Shown here piece by piece: positions 61,861 to 64,000 of a stretch of DNA of 64,000 nt; position 1 is the stretch's first letter; each line of letters opens with the position of its first letter. Position numbers and translations under genes: made by a program. The notes beneath the pieces were generated by a model. That model saw only the letters and a program-made list of their open reading frames with translations, was not told the DNA's origin and did no database searches. Origin of the DNA: Sedimentisphaerales bacterium (GTDB lineage Bacteria; Planctomycetota; Phycisphaerae; Sedimentisphaerales; SM23-30); NCBI GenBank assembly GCA_963663805.2, contig CAXXMR010000003.1:128001-192000 (forward strand), in the 5' to 3' direction.

Positions 61861-64000
61861 ATGCGAAAGGTTTGGGACGTGATTAAAAAAAAGCTGATGA
61901 CATTTTGGGTAGTTGGTTTACTCGCTATTACTTGTTGTGCTGATGATTTGCTGGTAGATTTTGAAGATGCAGGCGCAGAGAAGTATTTCGATAAGCCTGT
62001 GGAATATGCTCAGAATATCAATGGCAGGGCGCTGTCTGTTTCATCTTCGCAGATAATGCGGATGGGGCTGTCTGAAGAGATGAGTGCTTTTTCATTTTGG
62101 CTCAAACCTGTCTGGGGATGGAATGACGGCAGTAAGCATTATCTGGCTAAAGTTTATTTTGCCGATGGCCTGCGGGTTGAGCTGATTAAAGATGATCGCA
62201 ACTGGCTTTTGGGTTTGGTGCGACAGGGGAAAAAAAGGCGGGAATTCTCTGCGCAATTAGATTGGCAGGCAGGAACTCAGCATAATATTATGTTGTCCTG
62301 GAATGAGAATGACAATATTTTGAGCATCTATGCTGACGGAAGACGCGTTATTCAGGGCGATGTCAATTTTGTGGATAATTTTGCTTTTGACGGGAAAAAA
62401 GTTGAATTTGGCGACTGGGCTAATCCGCTTTATGCCCAGATTGATAATGTTCGTTTTTCCTCCCGAAGTTATTCCGGCGAATATGCCGATGACATTCGGC
62501 TGGAATATCGCCGGAAGAAATTAGAAGAGTTTTTGCAGAATAATCCCCAGGCTTTTGAAGATGTCAAATATAGAACTGCTGGTGCCGACGAACTGTCACA
62601 GTTGGAACGCCGGGCCGTGACCGTCCTCAATACCAGATGGGCCCAAAAGAATGATATTGATACTGATAGCATCTTTCTAAAGGCCGTTTCGTCCTTGGAT
62701 AAAATTCGTCCCGAGCCATTTTTGAACGAGGTTGAGTGGTCGAATAGCATTTCACTGCACGGTTGCCGAGGTCAGATTGCAACAGGTCAGTTTGTGGTCT
62801 TGCCGGAGAAAATGAAAGCGGCTGATTACGAAATTACTGTTACGAGTTTACAAGGACCAGTTGTTATCCCGGCCGATAAATTACGTCTGCGTAAAGTCTC
62901 TGCGGTAATGGTCCCTGCGGAAAATAATTATCCAACCGGAGATTTTAACCAGCATTTCCCGGACGCCTTATTACCTTCTGAAAAAGTTGAAAAGCTGACA
63001 GGGCAGACGTTAACAAATTTTTGGCTGGATACCGAGATTGACCATGGTCAGACAGCAGGAAAATATGCTGGCCGGATTATTGTCTCTAATGGCAATAGTA
63101 AAGTGGAGTTGCCCATATCGCTTGAGGTCTATCCGATTACTCTCCCGAAGCGGAAAACGCTGAGGACTTCTTTCGGATTTACACCCAGTTTTCTGGGGCG
63201 GGTCATGCGAATTGCCGGGGATGAGTTGGCGGCAATGAGCGACAAGTATGTAAAAAATATGCTTGAGCATCACATGACGCCCAAAAGTTTTTTACGTAAT
63301 GATGATGAACTGGTTTTTATGGCTGAGGTTTTCCGAAAAAACGGCGAAACCCTTGGTATGACGCTTGATGATTTGCCGGACGAAAAGCTGCTCTGGCAGG
63401 CTGATGCCGAATTTTTGCGCCCGAGATATATGGTAGATGAAAATGGCGATTATCAAATTGATTTTACCCAATACGATCAGCAGGTGGAACGATATCTGGA
63501 TCATGGCTTGAACACGATTCTGGTTAATACCAGAAAATGGGCCGGCAAATATATTACCGGCAAGAGCAATTACAATCTGGTCCGGTGGATGGCATTGCCC
63601 GGAAGTGATCAGATCAGGAAGATTGAAATAGAACCTTTTTCGGACGAATATTTCAAGCTGGCAAACCAGACCTTTGCGACCTGGGAAGAACATTTAAAGC
63701 AGAAGGACTGGCCGGTGACACCCTTTTCATATTTTTATGACGAACCAAGCCCGAATGTCTTTGATAATTCTAAAATTATGTGCGAGCTAATCAATAAGCA
63801 ATCGCCTTCAACAAAATACATGATAACCTTCCATATGGATCCAACCGATGCGGTGGGGGAGTTGGATGTTTATACCATGAGGCATGATCTTGTTACCAAA
63901 ACGATTGTTGAGCAATGCCAAAAGAGTCCTCAGGAACTCTGGTTATATTCATGTGTAAGCCCGGAAAGGCCCTACCCTGGGGTTATGATAACCCATAGCG
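61861..64000 (+). CDS. Secreted glycoside hydrolase-like protein (GH123/DUF4091-like), 3' end outside window
   Basis: Frame from ATG 61861 read in part by hand; FPDAL.P, FYDEP, LWLYSC..P..PYP. Confidence 0.7.
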   Translation, partial: MRKVWDVIKKKLMTFWVVGLLAITCCADDLLVDFEDAGAEKYFDKPVEYAQNINGRALSVSSSQIMRMGLSEEMSAFSFWLKPVWGWNDGSKHYLAKVYFADGLRVELIKDDRNWLLGLVRQGKKRREFSAQLDWQAGTQHNIMLSWNENDNILSIYADGRRVIQGDVNFVDNFAFDGKKVEFGDWANPLYAQIDNVRFSSRSYSGEYADDIRLEYRRKKLEEFLQNNPQAFEDVKYRTAGADELSQLERRAVTVLNTRWAQKNDIDTDSIFLKAVSSLDKIRPEPFLNEVEWSNSISLHGCRGQIATGQFVVLPEKMKAADYEITVTSLQGPVVIPADKLRLRKVSAVMVPAENNYPTGDFNQHFPDALLPSEKVEKLTGQTLTNFWLDTEIDHGQTAGKYAGRIIVSNGNSKVELPISLEVYPITLPKRKTLRTSFGFTPSFLGRVMRIAGDELAAMSDKYVKNMLEHHMTPKSFLRNDDELVFMAEVFRKNGETLGMTLDDLPDEKLLWQADAEFLRPRYMVDENGDYQIDFTQYDQQVERYLDHGLNTILVNTRKWAGKYITGKSNYNLVRWMALPGSDQIRKIEIEPFSDEYFKLANQTFATWEEHLKQKDWPVTPFSYFYDEPSPNVFDNSKIMCELINKQSPSTKYMITFHMDPTDAVGELDVYTMRHDLVTKTIVEQCQKSPQELWLYSCVSPERPYPGVMITHS

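Overview
The window has two parts. (1) Roughly 2.2-40.9 kb is an integrated, prophage-like element with no capsid or terminase gene in the window. It has a DUF2924/large serine recombinase module at the right end and a defence cargo block (type I R-M with embedded KilA-N and HEPN-motif genes, a GIY-YIG/RAMA-like nuclease, and a NACHT-like NTPase with a C-terminal nuclease). It also carries a LexA-like remnant, an ECF-like sigma factor, and a minus-strand phage-type recombination/replication operon (RecE-like nuclease, AAA_24 ATPase, DUF669, Hjc-like resolvase, ParB-like protein, Mom-like protein, SF2 helicase, primase-helicase). These are followed by an iteron-like repeat cluster, a ParB-methyltransferase split by a group II intron, two TA pairs, and an array of small ORFs with strong RBSs. 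Two IS200 copies and one IS4 copy sit inside it, and an IS5 containing a nested second IS4 copy sits at its right edge. A SNF2 helicase runs off the left end. (2) From about 44 kb the sequence looks like host DNA of a Planctomycetota (Phycisphaerae-like) bacterium, inferred from PEP-CTERM, prepilin/H-X9-DG and dockerin-like proteins. It carries HigBA, an rve transposase and a LacI-associated glycan-utilisation locus. The most striking observation is a tRNA-Gly(UCC)-like cloverleaf overlapping the start of the Mom-like gene, with the ATG in its D-loop. All family calls come from motif recognition by eye; no database searches were run.
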